A stretch of 64,000 nucleotides of DNA from positions 2,080,001 to 2,144,000 of the forward strand of contig CAXXOA010000002.1 in NCBI GenBank assembly GCA_963666275.2. The letters are read 5' to 3'. This DNA comes from Oceanispirochaeta sp. GTDB taxonomy: Bacteria; Spirochaetota; Spirochaetia; DSM-2461. This document shows, piece after piece, positions 20,161-30,706 of the stretch. Each line of letters opens with the position of its first letter. Position 1 is the stretch's first letter. A model generated the notes under the pieces. It did not search any database. It saw nothing but the letters and a program-made list of their open reading frames with translations, and was not told where the DNA came from. The position numbers were made by a program, and so were the translations under genes.

Positions 20161-23100
20161 ATGCGGGGGATAAAATACAAAAAACAGTTCCTTATATATC
20201 TGGTCTCGTTTTTTTTCTGTTTTGCCATTCTCTCCGGTTTTTTTATGGCTATGGATCTTCTCCTGGAGCAGTCCATGATCGGAGATATCAATAGAAAACA
20301 CCTCTCTGATCTGGCCCTTTACAGAGGGATCGTTATCAATACCATGGACAGTATTCTGGAGGATCTGCAGGTCCTTGAAACCATGGGCAGTGTGAATACT
20401 TATATAAATTCCGGTTTTAACAATGAAGAAGGAGTCATCAGCTCTTTCCTCTCCTTCGGAGCGGCAAAGAAAAAATACGACCAGATCCGGCTGCTCGATC
20501 TGGAAGGATTTGAAAGAGTCCGTATAAACAATGAAAGCGGCATCATTACCTCTACGGCTCCGGAGAATCTGCAGAATAAAAAAGACCGCTACTATTTTAA
20601 GGACACCCTGGCTCTGACTAAAGGTGAGGTTTTTATCTCCCGGCTGGATCTGAATATTGAAAATTCCCGCATAGAAAAACCTCTGAATCCCATGATTCGG
20701 TTTTCCAAACCCCTGTACGGGAACCGGGGAAACCTGGCAGCCGTTCTGATCGTTAACTACAGCGCCAGAGAACTTCTCGACAGAATCTCCCAGTCTCAGC
20801 AGATCCGGGAAGGGACCAGTTTCATGCTCCTCAATAAAGAGGGCTACTGGCTTCTCAATACAGAGGATCACAATCTGGAATGGGGGTTTATGTATGAAGA
20901 CTCAGACCGGAGATTCGGAGAATATTTTAAAGAGGAGTGGCAGCAGATACAGAAGGAGCAGCAGGGGCTGATCAGGGGAGAAAAAGGGCTTTTCAGCTTT
21001 ATGCCCATTTCTACTGAAACCTACGGCAGCGAACTTTCCTCCCAGAGGCTGATGGACTGGACCGCTCTCTATCATGTCAAACCGGAATATCTGTCTGTTC
21101 AGACCAGGGGAATCCGGAACAAATTCCTTCTGCTTTATATTTTAATGGCTCTGTCGCTGGCCGCTGTTTTCCTTGTTTTATATAAACGGAAGATCCATGG
21201 GGAAGTCTATAAAAATGAAATAAGCGATCTCTATGACAATGCCCCTGTGGGTTATTATTCCCTGGATAGGAATCTTATTATCACAAGGATGAATCAGACC
21301 GCCCTGAACTGGCTGAGATACTCGGAAGAGGATGTCATTCATAAAAAAAGTATCTATGATCTTCTGGCTGATAACAGTCTGGAACTATTCAGAAAGGCCC
21401 AGGAACTGTTCCAGTCCCGGGGAATTATCAAGGATTTTTCACTGGATTTTATAAGAAAGGATGGGACGGTGCTGCCGGTTCAGATTTCCGCCAACCGGAT
21501 ATACGATGAGACTGGAAATGTGATTTTCGGCAGAACCGTGCTAGTGGATGCGACAGAAAGAAAGGAACTCCACAACAGCCTCATAAAAGCCAAGCTGGAA
21601 GCAGAGCAGTCCAATGAAGCGAAGAGCCGGTTTCTTGCCAATATGAGTCATGAGATCCGGACTCCTCTGAACGGGATCATCGGTCTCAGCGGCATCGCTT
21701 CGGAGAAAGACATTTCGGATTATGCCAGAGAGACCTTCCGTAAGGTTCATAATCTGGGTGTCTCTCTTCTGGAGTTGATAAACGATATTCTGGATCTGAC
21801 CAAGATTCAGGCGGATAAACTGCTCATCGAAGAAAGGGAATTTGATCTGGATGATTTTATCCATTCCGTAAAAGAGAGGATGGCCGATACCATCTTCGGA
21901 AAAGGTCTGGAGTTCATGATTGATTATTCTGCCAGCCTTCCCAGAATCCTGATCGGAGACCCCTACAGGATCGGTCAGATCCTGAACAATCTTATCGGCA
22001 ATGCTGTGAAGTTCACCGAAAAGGGTGAAATCCATCTGCGGATACGGGAAGTGGAAAGGATTGAATCAGATGTGGTTCTTGAGTTCACAGTCAGCGATAC
22101 CGGAATAGGAATCAGAGAAGAGGTCCTGCCCGGGCTTTTTGAAGAGTTTATTCAGGCGGATTCCAGTACAACCAGAAAATACAGCGGAACAGGACTGGGC
22201 CTCAGTATCTGCCGGCATCTGACAGAAGCCATGGGAGGGACGATACAGGCAAGCAGTACCTGGAATGTGGGAAGTGACTTCTCCTTCCGGTTGAAACTCA
22301 AAATGGGAGATTCAGAGAAAAGCCTGTCCAGTTCTGTTCCGGAGTTTCTGAAGCAGAAGCGCATCCTTCTGGTGGAAGATAACAGCCGGGTAGCCGAATC
22401 CATAGGAAATCTCCTGAGTTCCATGAATTTTACATTTGACATTGCCTGCAGTTCTCAGGACGCTCTGGAGGCTGTAAAGAAAGCCATCCCCACAGACCCT
22501 TTTGATATCCTCATTATAGACTGCCGGATGGAGGGGATAGACGGTATTGAAACCGGAACAAGGATTTCCCGGGATCCGGATATTATCAGAAAACCGGCCG
22601 TGCTGTTTATGGGAGCAGGGACGGATATGGAGGAATTGGCTGAACGGGCAGAAAAAACGGGTCTGCTCAATTTTACTGCCAAACCAGTGACAGCTTCCAA
22701 CCTGCTGGACTCCATCCTGGCTCTGACCCTTCCGGATTTTCAGTCTCAGATTACGAAATGGAAAAGAGGAGATGAAGGGGATTTCCTTTCCGGGAAAAGA
22801 ATACTCCTTGTGGAAGATAATCTCATCAATAAGGAGATTGCTGCAGAAATTCTGAATACTTCAGGGGCGGACCTGATCTATGCGGACAATGGGGCTGACG
22901 CGGTTAGAATGGTGATTCAGGAGAGGCAGGTTCCGGATCTTATCCTGATGGATATACAGATGCCGATTATGAACGGCTATGAAGCCACCAGAAGAATCCG
23001 GGAGTATTACAGTCCCGGTCAGATTCCCATTATAGCCATAACGGCTCATGCTTTCCTGGAGGAACAGGAAAAATCTCTGCAGGCCGGTATGAATGCCCAT

Positions 23101-23799
23101 CTGTCAAAGCCCTTTCTTCCGGAGGATCTAAAAAAACTGCTGAAGGAATTCCTCTCTTCAGAAAAGGACTCTCACAGCGGAGATGACCGGAGAGAGAAAT
23201 GGCAGGAGAAGAAGTCGAGCCCCCATGAAGGGATTGACTGGCAGCGCGGTCTGGCAGGTGTCAACGGGAACGCACGGCTCTACAGTAAACTGCTGAGCAG
23301 GTTCTATCAGGAATACGGTTCTCTCATAACGGCCGGGATTGAAGGGTTCCGGGAAGAAAATCTCATGAACCAGCTGCACAATCTTATCAGCACTTCCGGT
23401 TCTCTGGGATTCTCCGAACTGAATGATATCACAAAGCGGTTCGAAGGAATGCTGAAAACGGGCCGTTCTGCCCAGGAGGCACAGAACCTCCTTGAAGAGA
23501 TGCGGGAATCCCTGAAAAGAGCTTTTTCCAGGATCAGAGAACGGGAATCACAGGAGGTTCCGGACAGCAGGATGAGTGATCCGGAAAGTCCTGAAAATCA
23601 GAGAGAGGTTCTTCTGGCAATACTCAGACAGGCGGAAGCCAGGGATGCGGGGATCATCCGGTATTTCGATACGTCCTTTCACTGGGATCCCTCTGTCATT
23701 CCCGAAAGCCATGTGAGGAAACTGGAGGAGTATATTCTGAATTTTGAGTTTAAAAATATAGTCAATCTTATTGGGTCTATAAAAAGGGAGTTTGTCTGA
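20161..23799 (+). CDS. Hybrid sensor kinase (Cache-PAS-HisKA-HATPase-REC-REC-Hpt)
   Basis: FLANMSHEIRTPLNG, GTGLGLSIC, two receiver domains, C-terminal Hpt-like LHNLISTSGSLG. Confidence 0.93.
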   Translation: MRGIKYKKQFLIYLVSFFFCFAILSGFFMAMDLLLEQSMIGDINRKHLSDLALYRGIVINTMDSILEDLQVLETMGSVNTYINSGFNNEEGVISSFLSFGAAKKKYDQIRLLDLEGFERVRINNESGIITSTAPENLQNKKDRYYFKDTLALTKGEVFISRLDLNIENSRIEKPLNPMIRFSKPLYGNRGNLAAVLIVNYSARELLDRISQSQQIREGTSFMLLNKEGYWLLNTEDHNLEWGFMYEDSDRRFGEYFKEEWQQIQKEQQGLIRGEKGLFSFMPISTETYGSELSSQRLMDWTALYHVKPEYLSVQTRGIRNKFLLLYILMALSLAAVFLVLYKRKIHGEVYKNEISDLYDNAPVGYYSLDRNLIITRMNQTALNWLRYSEEDVIHKKSIYDLLADNSLELFRKAQELFQSRGIIKDFSLDFIRKDGTVLPVQISANRIYDETGNVIFGRTVLVDATERKELHNSLIKAKLEAEQSNEAKSRFLANMSHEIRTPLNGIIGLSGIASEKDISDYARETFRKVHNLGVSLLELINDILDLTKIQADKLLIEEREFDLDDFIHSVKERMADTIFGKGLEFMIDYSASLPRILIGDPYRIGQILNNLIGNAVKFTEKGEIHLRIREVERIESDVVLEFTVSDTGIGIREEVLPGLFEEFIQADSSTTRKYSGTGLGLSICRHLTEAMGGTIQASSTWNVGSDFSFRLKLKMGDSEKSLSSSVPEFLKQKRILLVEDNSRVAESIGNLLSSMNFTFDIACSSQDALEAVKKAIPTDPFDILIIDCRMEGIDGIETGTRISRDPDIIRKPAVLFMGAGTDMEELAERAEKTGLLNFTAKPVTASNLLDSILALTLPDFQSQITKWKRGDEGDFLSGKRILLVEDNLINKEIAAEILNTSGADLIYADNGADAVRMVIQERQVPDLILMDIQMPIMNGYEATRRIREYYSPGQIPIIAITAHAFLEEQEKSLQAGMNAHLSKPFLPEDLKKLLKEFLSSEKDSHSGDDRREKWQEKKSSPHEGIDWQRGLAGVNGNARLYSKLLSRFYQEYGSLITAGIEGFREENLMNQLHNLISTSGSLGFSELNDITKRFEGMLKTGRSAQEAQNLLEEMRESLKRAFSRIRERESQEVPDSRMSDPESPENQREVLLAILRQAEARDAGIIRYFDTSFHWDPSVIPESHVRKLEEYILNFEFKNIVNLIGSIKREFV

Positions 23800-24917
23800 T
23801 GGGGGTAAAAACATCGATACTTCTTGTAGAAGATAATCCGCAGGATATTGCCGTTATTACAAGTGCACTGGAACAGGAATACACAATCTTTGTTGCCAAG
23901 AGTTCTCTTGATGTGGGAGACATCATTGAAAAAGAAGATATCCAACTGATCCTGATGGATATCAATATTCCCGGAATCAATGGACTGGAACTGACAAAAC
24001 TTCTGAAGTCCAGGGATGATACGGAGAAAATTCCCATTATATTTGTCACAGCCTATCAGAATTCAGAGAATGAGATAGCCGCTCTGGATGCGGGAGCCTA
24101 CGATTTTATCTCAAAACCCATCAATCCGGTGATCCTTAAAAAGAGGGTGCATGTTCAGAGACAGCTGGATCTGGCTCTTAGGGAAGCCCACCAGAGGGCG
24201 GAGCTTCTGCAGGAAAACCTTAAACTCCATGAACTGGTGGACTCCATGTCCTATCACGATATGAAGAACCTCCTCATCCCCCTGATGAACCTGCCGGATC
24301 TTATGAGCCTTAAGGTCAGAGAATTCCCGTCTCTGGGAGAGGAATTTACCTCCTATCTGGAAAAAATGCTTTCAGATATGCGCAATGCCTCCTACCGGGT
24401 CCTGGATATGGTCAACAGAACCCATGATCTGTACCTTATGGAAAACGGACGGTATGAACTGTGCCGGGAACAGGTAAACTGCAGCAAACTCCTCTATGAG
24501 GTAAGCGGAACCCTGAGGACCCTTCTTCAGAAAAAGGGGGTCTCCATAGCCATAACAATCGATAACAGGCCGACTTCATCCTTCGAGAGTTTTTTTATCG
24601 AGGGCGAGGAGTATCTTTTTCATAATATATTTATGAACCTTGTAAAAAATGCCGTTGAGGCCTCCGGTCAGGGCGATGAGATATCAATCAATATGGATAG
24701 AACCCGGAAAGAGATCTCCTTTCACAACAGTCAGCCTGTTCCGGAAGAGATACACAAGAGCTTTTTTAAAAAGTTCACCACATTCGGCAAACAGTCCGGG
24801 ACCGGTCTGGGGACGTATATTGTGAAAGTTATGGTGGAACTTATGAAAGGGCAGGTCTCTTTAGTGAGCTGTGAAAAAGAAGGCACCACTGTGACTCTGA
24901 GTTTCCTGTCCTCCTGA
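23799..24917 (+). CDS. Receiver-histidine kinase hybrid
   Basis: N-terminal REC (VEDN, LMDINIP, SKP); HDMKN, NLVKNAVEA, GTGLGTY. Confidence 0.9.
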   Translation: MGVKTSILLVEDNPQDIAVITSALEQEYTIFVAKSSLDVGDIIEKEDIQLILMDINIPGINGLELTKLLKSRDDTEKIPIIFVTAYQNSENEIAALDAGAYDFISKPINPVILKKRVHVQRQLDLALREAHQRAELLQENLKLHELVDSMSYHDMKNLLIPLMNLPDLMSLKVREFPSLGEEFTSYLEKMLSDMRNASYRVLDMVNRTHDLYLMENGRYELCREQVNCSKLLYEVSGTLRTLLQKKGVSIAITIDNRPTSSFESFFIEGEEYLFHNIFMNLVKNAVEASGQGDEISINMDRTRKEISFHNSQPVPEEIHKSFFKKFTTFGKQSGTGLGTYIVKVMVELMKGQVSLVSCEKEGTTVTLSFLSS

Positions 24918-24926
24918 AGGAGAGGG

Positions 24927-25610
24927 TTAGTCCTTTTTCTTTTCCACCCGTCTGAACGCGTCGGCCCAGCCTACAAAGGAAGGTGAAAGACGGGTCTGTA
25001 TCCATATTTTCCCTTCACCCGAGAACCGGCAGATAAGCCCCTCTCCGGAAAAGAAAAGGCTTTTCATGCCCGGAACAGGACGCACCTCATAACGGAGTCC
25101 CTCTGTAAAAGCCACGATGTGGCCCGTATCCACCACATAGTTCTCTTTGACATCTATCTCGATCAGTCCGCCGAAGGTATTAAACCAGAGATCTCCCGAT
25201 CCTGAACATCGGATCATAAAGAGTTTCTCCCCGGAGAAGAATCCTTTGAACCCCTGGAAATCTATACCGGTCTCTATGGACGGGGATGAGGCCAGATAGG
25301 AGGAGTTCTGCAGATAGAGGGTTTCCTCCTCCAGATAGACATGGGCAATATCTCCCGGTGTTCCCGGGGCAATGCCAATATCTCCGGGGACGGATGACGC
25401 GGAGAATTCATTGATAAAGAGATTTTCTCCCGAAAGCATCCGCTTCATGCCGCCTTTCATCCGGGTCTTCATCTTCAGAGAGGAGTCCATGTAGACCATG
25501 GCAGAACCTTCGGCTTTGAGGGTCTCTCCCGGAGGGATGGTGATATTTACCATTCCGAAATCGGGAGCAGCGGCAATATTGAATCTGTAATCGGATTTAT
25601 CTGTATTCAT
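24927..25610 (-). CDS. TIGR00266/AIM24 family protein
   Basis: AEGSAM, SGENLFIN, VVDTGHIVAF, FSGEGL...G.GKIWIQTR. Confidence 0.9.
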   Translation of the reverse strand: MNTDKSDYRFNIAAAPDFGMVNITIPPGETLKAEGSAMVYMDSSLKMKTRMKGGMKRMLSGENLFINEFSASSVPGDIGIAPGTPGDIAHVYLEEETLYLQNSSYLASSPSIETGIDFQGFKGFFSGEKLFMIRCSGSGDLWFNTFGGLIEIDVKENYVVDTGHIVAFTEGLRYEVRPVPGMKSLFFSGEGLICRFSGEGKIWIQTRLSPSFVGWADAFRRVEKKKD

Positions 25611-25621
25611 ATCTCTCTCCT

Positions 25622-26320
25622 TCAGGACTCTTTTTTCGGAGTCAGCAGGGGAGTCAGCTTTCTTCCGAATACCCTGTCCGCATGGGTCTGACACCAGACC
25701 GTTCCTTTTCCTTTAAACCGGCAGACCAGGCCTTCTCCTCCCAGAAAGGAAGATACCCAGCTTCCCCCGGCCTTTGAAATCCGAAAATCCAGGGTCTCTT
25801 CAAAGGCGGCAATATTTCCGGTATCCACAATGTATTCGCCATCCACTTCCACAGGATAGATCATGCCGAAGGCATTGATAATGACCCTTCCGGTTCCTGA
25901 AAGTTCCAGCCAGATCATATTTTCTCCGGAGAACATATTTTTCAATCCTCCCCAGCTTATGTTCATATCCACTGAGGATTCATGGGCCATAAAAGAGCCG
26001 CTCTGGACCCGTACCTTACGGGAACCCTTCAGTTCAATGACCTCCATATCTCCGATGAGAGAGGGAGCCAGATAGACATCGCCTCCTTCCGGGCCGGCGG
26101 TATAGTGATTCATAAAAAAACCTTCTCCCGCCAGTTTCCGTGCCAGACCTTTCAGTACCTTTCCGGACCCCCTGTCCTGATTCCGGCTGATGCTTGTTTC
26201 TATCTTCATATCTCCGGACATGGCAATCATGGATCCTCCTTCGGCTGTGAAGGTTTCGGAAGGGGCCAGGCTAACCCTGGCGGCCGAATTGGAGGGACTG
26301 TTGATAATCTCTATATTCAT
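25622..26320 (-). CDS. TIGR00266/AIM24 family protein
   Basis: AEGGSMIAM, IVDTGNIAAF, GGEGLVCRFKGKGTVWCQT. Confidence 0.9.
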   Translation of the reverse strand: MNIEIINSPSNSAARVSLAPSETFTAEGGSMIAMSGDMKIETSISRNQDRGSGKVLKGLARKLAGEGFFMNHYTAGPEGGDVYLAPSLIGDMEVIELKGSRKVRVQSGSFMAHESSVDMNISWGGLKNMFSGENMIWLELSGTGRVIINAFGMIYPVEVDGEYIVDTGNIAAFEETLDFRISKAGGSWVSSFLGGEGLVCRFKGKGTVWCQTHADRVFGRKLTPLLTPKKES

Positions 26321-26335
26321 CTTTTCTCTCCCTTT

Positions 26336-27001
26336 CTATCTGAATTTGGGATTCAGCCATGAGGCCAGTCCGCTGAGGCTTCTTGTCTGTATGTACACGG
26401 TTCCCCGGCCTGTCAGCCTGGTGACAAAACCTTCTCCGCCGAAAAAACTTCCCAGCAGTCCTCCCGCCAGGGCCACTTTCAATTTAAGAGACGGGTCGTA
26501 GGCCACAAGATGACCGTCATCAACCTTCAGATCACCGTCAATCTGCCGCTCCACAATACCCCCGTAGGCTCCGAACCAGAGCGTTCCTTCTCCCTGGGCT
26601 TTGAGTTTTATCAGGCCCTCGCCGGAGAACCAGGAAATAAACCCTGCCCAGACTGTTTTCAGTCTGACCTCGCCCGCATGAGCCAGATAGGCGCCTTTCT
26701 GCAGGCAGATACTCCCTGTACCGTTGAGAGGCAGTTCCACGATCTCACCGGGCACATCCTGGGAGATGGTCACACGCATGGGGCGGCTTCCTGTATTCTT
26801 GAACCGGTTCACAAAAAATGATTCCCCCCCGAACACCTTTTTTGCCAGAGCCGGGAAAAAACCGCCGTTTGTGACAGCATCCATGGCCATCTCGGCCGAC
26901 ATGGACTGCATGGCGCCGCTTTCGGCAGTCAGCGATTCACCGGGTTCCAGATCGATGTGGAGGTGACTGAATGAGGGGTTTCCCTGGATGGATGCTTTCA
27001 T
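26336..27001 (-). CDS. TIGR00266/AIM24 family protein
   Basis: AESGAM, GGESFFVN, VDDGHLVAY, GGEGFVTRLTGRGTVYIQTRS. Confidence 0.9.
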   Translation of the reverse strand: MKASIQGNPSFSHLHIDLEPGESLTAESGAMQSMSAEMAMDAVTNGGFFPALAKKVFGGESFFVNRFKNTGSRPMRVTISQDVPGEIVELPLNGTGSICLQKGAYLAHAGEVRLKTVWAGFISWFSGEGLIKLKAQGEGTLWFGAYGGIVERQIDGDLKVDDGHLVAYDPSLKLKVALAGGLLGSFFGGEGFVTRLTGRGTVYIQTRSLSGLASWLNPKFR

Positions 27002-27061
27002 AATGAAATCTCCTTTAGAAATGGGGGTACTGTATTAACTTTAATTCATTGGCCGGGAAGT

Positions 27062-28783
27062 TCAAATTATAATCCACCAGAACAGAGCGGCCATTCCCAA
27101 AGAAAGGGCCAGGAAGTTTCCCTGAAACCGTTTGGGTCTGTTCCGGACGGCATGCATGACAGCTTTTCCCGGTGGGGTTGTAATGAGAAGATAGAGCAGG
27201 GCGCCTCCGGCTGTTACCGCAGCGGTTTTCAGAAAGTTTTCGCCCGTAAAAAGAGAGGGAGGGACTGATTTGGCCGTTCCTGTTCCCAGAATGCTCATAA
27301 CCCCTCTGGATACGGCGGGAGCCGCTGCTCCGGTGGCCAGGCACAGAAGAGCCAGAATCCCCTGGGCAATCTGCCGGAACGGGGAGATCCGGGGTTTCTC
27401 CTGTGCGGGGATAACCGAAACCCCGCCTTTTGCGGGAAAGTAGATCCGGGAGAGCTTGATAAAGGATGCCACCGTTCCCAGAGAGGCCGCATAGAGGAGG
27501 GCTCCCTGCCAGGTGCCTTTCAGTCCGTAGGAAAGGGCTGCTTTACTGGCAAAACCGTTAAAGGGCGGGATAGCCGTTATAGCCAGAGCTCCAGTCAGGA
27601 AGCAGAGAAAGGTGAGGGGGACGGTTTCTCCGGCCTGTCTGAGGCTCTTCAGGGCCCCCCGTATTTTATACACATTCCTTTCGCCCACTGTATCGGTAGT
27701 GGTACCCACAGTAAGAAAGAGAAGCCCCTTGAACAGGGCATGGTAGAGCGCATGAAGGAAGGCTGCCGCAAAGAGCATGAGCCCCGCGGGAGTTGTCAGG
27801 CCCTTCCAGACCGCTGCACCCCAGGCCGCCACAATATAACCGATCTGGCTTATGGAGTGATAGGCAAGAAGCTGCTTGCTGTCTTTCTGGGAGAGCGCTA
27901 TTGTTACTCCCGCCAGAGCCGCTACCGCTCCGGTATAGCTCATAAGCCTTCCGATTTCCGGACCTCCCGGCATAAGGATGAGAATCCGGGAAAGGGCAAA
28001 GAGCGGGGCTTTGATCAGAACTCCCGAGAGGACTGCCGATATGGCATGGGGTGCCAGGGCATGAGCATCCGGGAGCCAGCCGTACAGGGGCATAATGGCC
28101 ACTCTGATGGCAACGGCCGCGGCAATCAGGGCCAGAGATGCCGAGGCTTCCAGACCGCCGCCGTCGGGCAGCTGTCTCAGGACCTCCGCAATTGTTTCAT
28201 AGGAAAGGGAGCCTGTTATCCTGTAGAATCCCATAAGTCCCAGCAGAAAAAAGACCATGGCCGTAGCGCTGATCATAAGATAGGAGAATGACGCCAGGAA
28301 TGCTCCGGGCTTTTCTGAACTGGCCACAAGGATATATGAGGCTATCCCCATCACCTCCAGACAGACAAAGAGATTGAAGAGATCCGCTGTCATGGCCGTG
28401 GCAGCCATGGCGGCGGTCTGGATCAGAAAGGTGGTTGTGAATCCAGGCCCACGCGGACCGGCTCCCAGAGAGTAGATCCAGGCCGCGGCAGCCACGGAAT
28501 AGCCCAGCAGGTTCACAAGCCAGGCAATCCCGTCAAAACGGTAGTGGATTCCGACCTCTCCGGGCCAGTTCCCTATGAAAAGCTCCAGAGACTGACCATG
28601 CAGTACCTGGGGAAGCAGATAGAAAAGGGACACAAGAGGTAGGCCCAGTCCTATCAGGGCTGCCAGGGACTCTATACCCCGGGTATCCCTTTTCCTGTGA
28701 AACGCTTTGGCACAGAATGCCAGGGCCGCTCCCAGGAGGGGGAGCATAATCGGAGCGAATATAAGATCATTCGGATTCATCAC
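27062..28783 (-). CDS. mrpD: Mrp/Mnh antiporter subunit D-like (proton-conducting membrane subunit)
   Basis: DLFNLFVCLE, WLPDAHA, LAYHSISQIGY, HALFKGLLFL, PPFNGFASK. Confidence 0.85.
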   Translation of the reverse strand: MMNPNDLIFAPIMLPLLGAALAFCAKAFHRKRDTRGIESLAALIGLGLPLVSLFYLLPQVLHGQSLELFIGNWPGEVGIHYRFDGIAWLVNLLGYSVAAAAWIYSLGAGPRGPGFTTTFLIQTAAMAATAMTADLFNLFVCLEVMGIASYILVASSEKPGAFLASFSYLMISATAMVFFLLGLMGFYRITGSLSYETIAEVLRQLPDGGGLEASASLALIAAAVAIRVAIMPLYGWLPDAHALAPHAISAVLSGVLIKAPLFALSRILILMPGGPEIGRLMSYTGAVAALAGVTIALSQKDSKQLLAYHSISQIGYIVAAWGAAVWKGLTTPAGLMLFAAAFLHALYHALFKGLLFLTVGTTTDTVGERNVYKIRGALKSLRQAGETVPLTFLCFLTGALAITAIPPFNGFASKAALSYGLKGTWQGALLYAASLGTVASFIKLSRIYFPAKGGVSVIPAQEKPRISPFRQIAQGILALLCLATGAAAPAVSRGVMSILGTGTAKSVPPSLFTGENFLKTAAVTAGGALLYLLITTPPGKAVMHAVRNRPKRFQGNFLALSLGMAALFWWIII

Positions 28784-29114
28784 TTACCTTTCTGCGGATT
28801 TCATCAATATCAAAACTGCCTGTATGCCTGTAAAGACGGAAAGCAATGGCCAGAGACAGGGCTGTAATACAAACCCCAATGACGACGGCTGTCAGCATAA
28901 GCGCCTGGGGGATCGGATCGACCACATGCCGGATCCCCTTTTCCATAATCGGAGCGTTCTCACCGATCCGGGATCCTTCCAGAATAAACAGGATCACCAC
29001 TGAGCTGTTGAGAATCGAAAGTCCGTAGACTTTCTTGATGATATTTTTTTTGTAGACAATACCCCACAAGCCAATGAGGGCAAGAATCATAAGAAGAACT
29101 CTCTCAATCATCAT
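28767..29114 (-). CDS. mrpC: Mrp antiporter subunit C
   Basis: DPIPQALMLTAVVIG. Confidence 0.92.
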   Translation of the reverse strand: MMIERVLLMILALIGLWGIVYKKNIIKKVYGLSILNSSVVILFILEGSRIGENAPIMEKGIRHVVDPIPQALMLTAVVIGVCITALSLAIAFRLYRHTGSFDIDEIRRKVSDESE

Positions 29115-29860
29115 ACTTCCTTATCCAGCATGGCTATACACATAAAAGCGATCCCCGCTCCCACTTTGAGTCCTATCAGGGAGTTCAGAAGAATAATATA
29201 TCCCACCTTATAGGCGGAATCCGCGCTGATGGGGTTGCCGAAAAGTCCGACCCCCAGTGGGATTCCTATCACCCCCGCCGAAACCAGCAGAAGAAAACCC
29301 ACTGCCTCGAGACCCGAGAGGACTCTGGCCTCCTGAAGCTTCATGGCGGAATCCCGTTTACTCCCCAGGGACAGAAAAACAATGCCCGAGGCTATCACAA
29401 CACCTCCCTGAAAACCTCCTCCCGGAGAGAGATGGCCGAAGAGCATCACATACAGTCCGAAAAGGAGGACAATGGGGCCCAGTTTGCCTGTTACCACATC
29501 CAGAAGGTCTGTCCGCATAAGAGGCGTTTCCGGGAGGCCTGTTTCCAGTTCCACCCGGGAGTCTCCGAAGCCTCTGGCAAGGAAGCGGCCGGAATGGGAG
29601 ATCATTCCTATTGTGCCGCTTACAGCCACAAGAAGAACAATTGTTTCTCCCAGTGTATCGAAGGCCCTGTATCCCAGATAGATGGCACTGACAAGGTTCT
29701 GAGCCCCTGTCCCGGCCACGCCGTTGGCTTCCAGGAAATCCCTGGCTGTAACAGGCCAGGGTGTACTTGTAAAGAAAATCGGCAGAAAAACAGCCAGAAC
29801 TCCCGCCAGGGTCAGGATGGTCTGGATCATCAGGAATGCTTTTGCTCCGGGTTTCTTCAT
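29111..29860 (-). CDS. mrpB: Mrp antiporter subunit B (MbhE+F-like fusion)
   Basis: NLVSAIYLGYRAFDTLGE and GHLSPGGGFQGG. Confidence 0.88.
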   Translation of the reverse strand: MKKPGAKAFLMIQTILTLAGVLAVFLPIFFTSTPWPVTARDFLEANGVAGTGAQNLVSAIYLGYRAFDTLGETIVLLVAVSGTIGMISHSGRFLARGFGDSRVELETGLPETPLMRTDLLDVVTGKLGPIVLLFGLYVMLFGHLSPGGGFQGGVVIASGIVFLSLGSKRDSAMKLQEARVLSGLEAVGFLLLVSAGVIGIPLGVGLFGNPISADSAYKVGYIILLNSLIGLKVGAGIAFMCIAMLDKEV

Positions 29861-30090
29861 GACTTATCCCTTCTGTCTGTCGCTCCGATGGCCCAGACAA
29901 GGACGACTGTGGAAACTCCGGCTCCCACAGCGGCTTCAGTAATGGCCACATCCGGTGCATAGAGGAGGTAGAACAGCAGGGCCGACACAAGGCTGAACGC
30001 GGAAAGGGCAAAGGCTCCGAACAGGAGATCCCGGGAAATGAGCGTATAGAGCGATAGGAATATCAGAACCAGCAGAATCACAATAATCAT
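29857..30090 (-). CDS. DUF4040/MbhD-like small Mrp subunit
   Basis: APDVAITEAAVGAG. Confidence 0.85.
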   Translation of the reverse strand: MIIVILLVLIFLSLYTLISRDLLFGAFALSAFSLVSALLFYLLYAPDVAITEAAVGAGVSTVVLVWAIGATDRRDKS

Positions 30091-30102
30091 AAAGGGCCGT
30101 CC

Positions 30103-30435
30103 TCAGGATCCGGTTTCAGAAGAATCGGGAGACTCCTTTGGCGGGAGCTGACCGGAGGCCCAGATAAAGCGGGCCACGATATGGGTTCCTGTGGGTGAGG
30201 AAATAAGAAAAAACAGTCCTATGATGATAATCCTGGCAGCCATTCCCCAGCTGGTGGAGAGGATCAGAGCTCCCACAAGCAGAGAGAATACGGCTGTTGT
30301 GCCGCACAGCGAGCCGGTCTGGAGCTGAGCATAGGGATCGGAGTGTCTGAAAAGCCCGATGATTCCGGCCGTACCGAATACCAGGGCGCTAAAAAAAGCG
30401 ACAGCCGCCGCGACAAGGCGGAGGATTTCAATCAT
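30103..30435 (-). CDS. mrpG: Mrp antiporter subunit G
   Basis: GIIGLFRHSDPYAQLQ...SPTGTHIVAR. Confidence 0.85.
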   Translation of the reverse strand: MIEILRLVAAAVAFFSALVFGTAGIIGLFRHSDPYAQLQTGSLCGTTAVFSLLVGALILSTSWGMAARIIIIGLFFLISSPTGTHIVARFIWASGQLPPKESPDSSETGS

Positions 30436-30706
30436 CTTTGTCTCCTGCAATCTTTTTATTCAGAAAATGAGAGATAGCCAGCAGCCCGAGAAAGCCGAAG
30501 ATATCATAAACCAGGGCAATGTCCAGATAGAGGGCACGGCCCAGTCTTACGCCGTGAATCACCAGGAATGCCAGGATAATTCCTGACAGTACATTAAGGC
30601 AGGCCAGCTTGCTCTCCGCCGTTTTACTGGTGACAAGTCGTATGATTGTCAGGAGGGCAAATACAAGCAGGACCCATTGCATGATTTCAAGTAGCAGAAT
30701 TGTCAT
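30428..30706 (-). CDS. mrpF: Mrp antiporter subunit F
   Basis: Three TM segments, LYLDIALVY; position between E and G. Confidence 0.8.
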   Translation of the reverse strand: MTILLLEIMQWVLLVFALLTIIRLVTSKTAESKLACLNVLSGIILAFLVIHGVRLGRALYLDIALVYDIFGFLGLLAISHFLNKKIAGDKDD

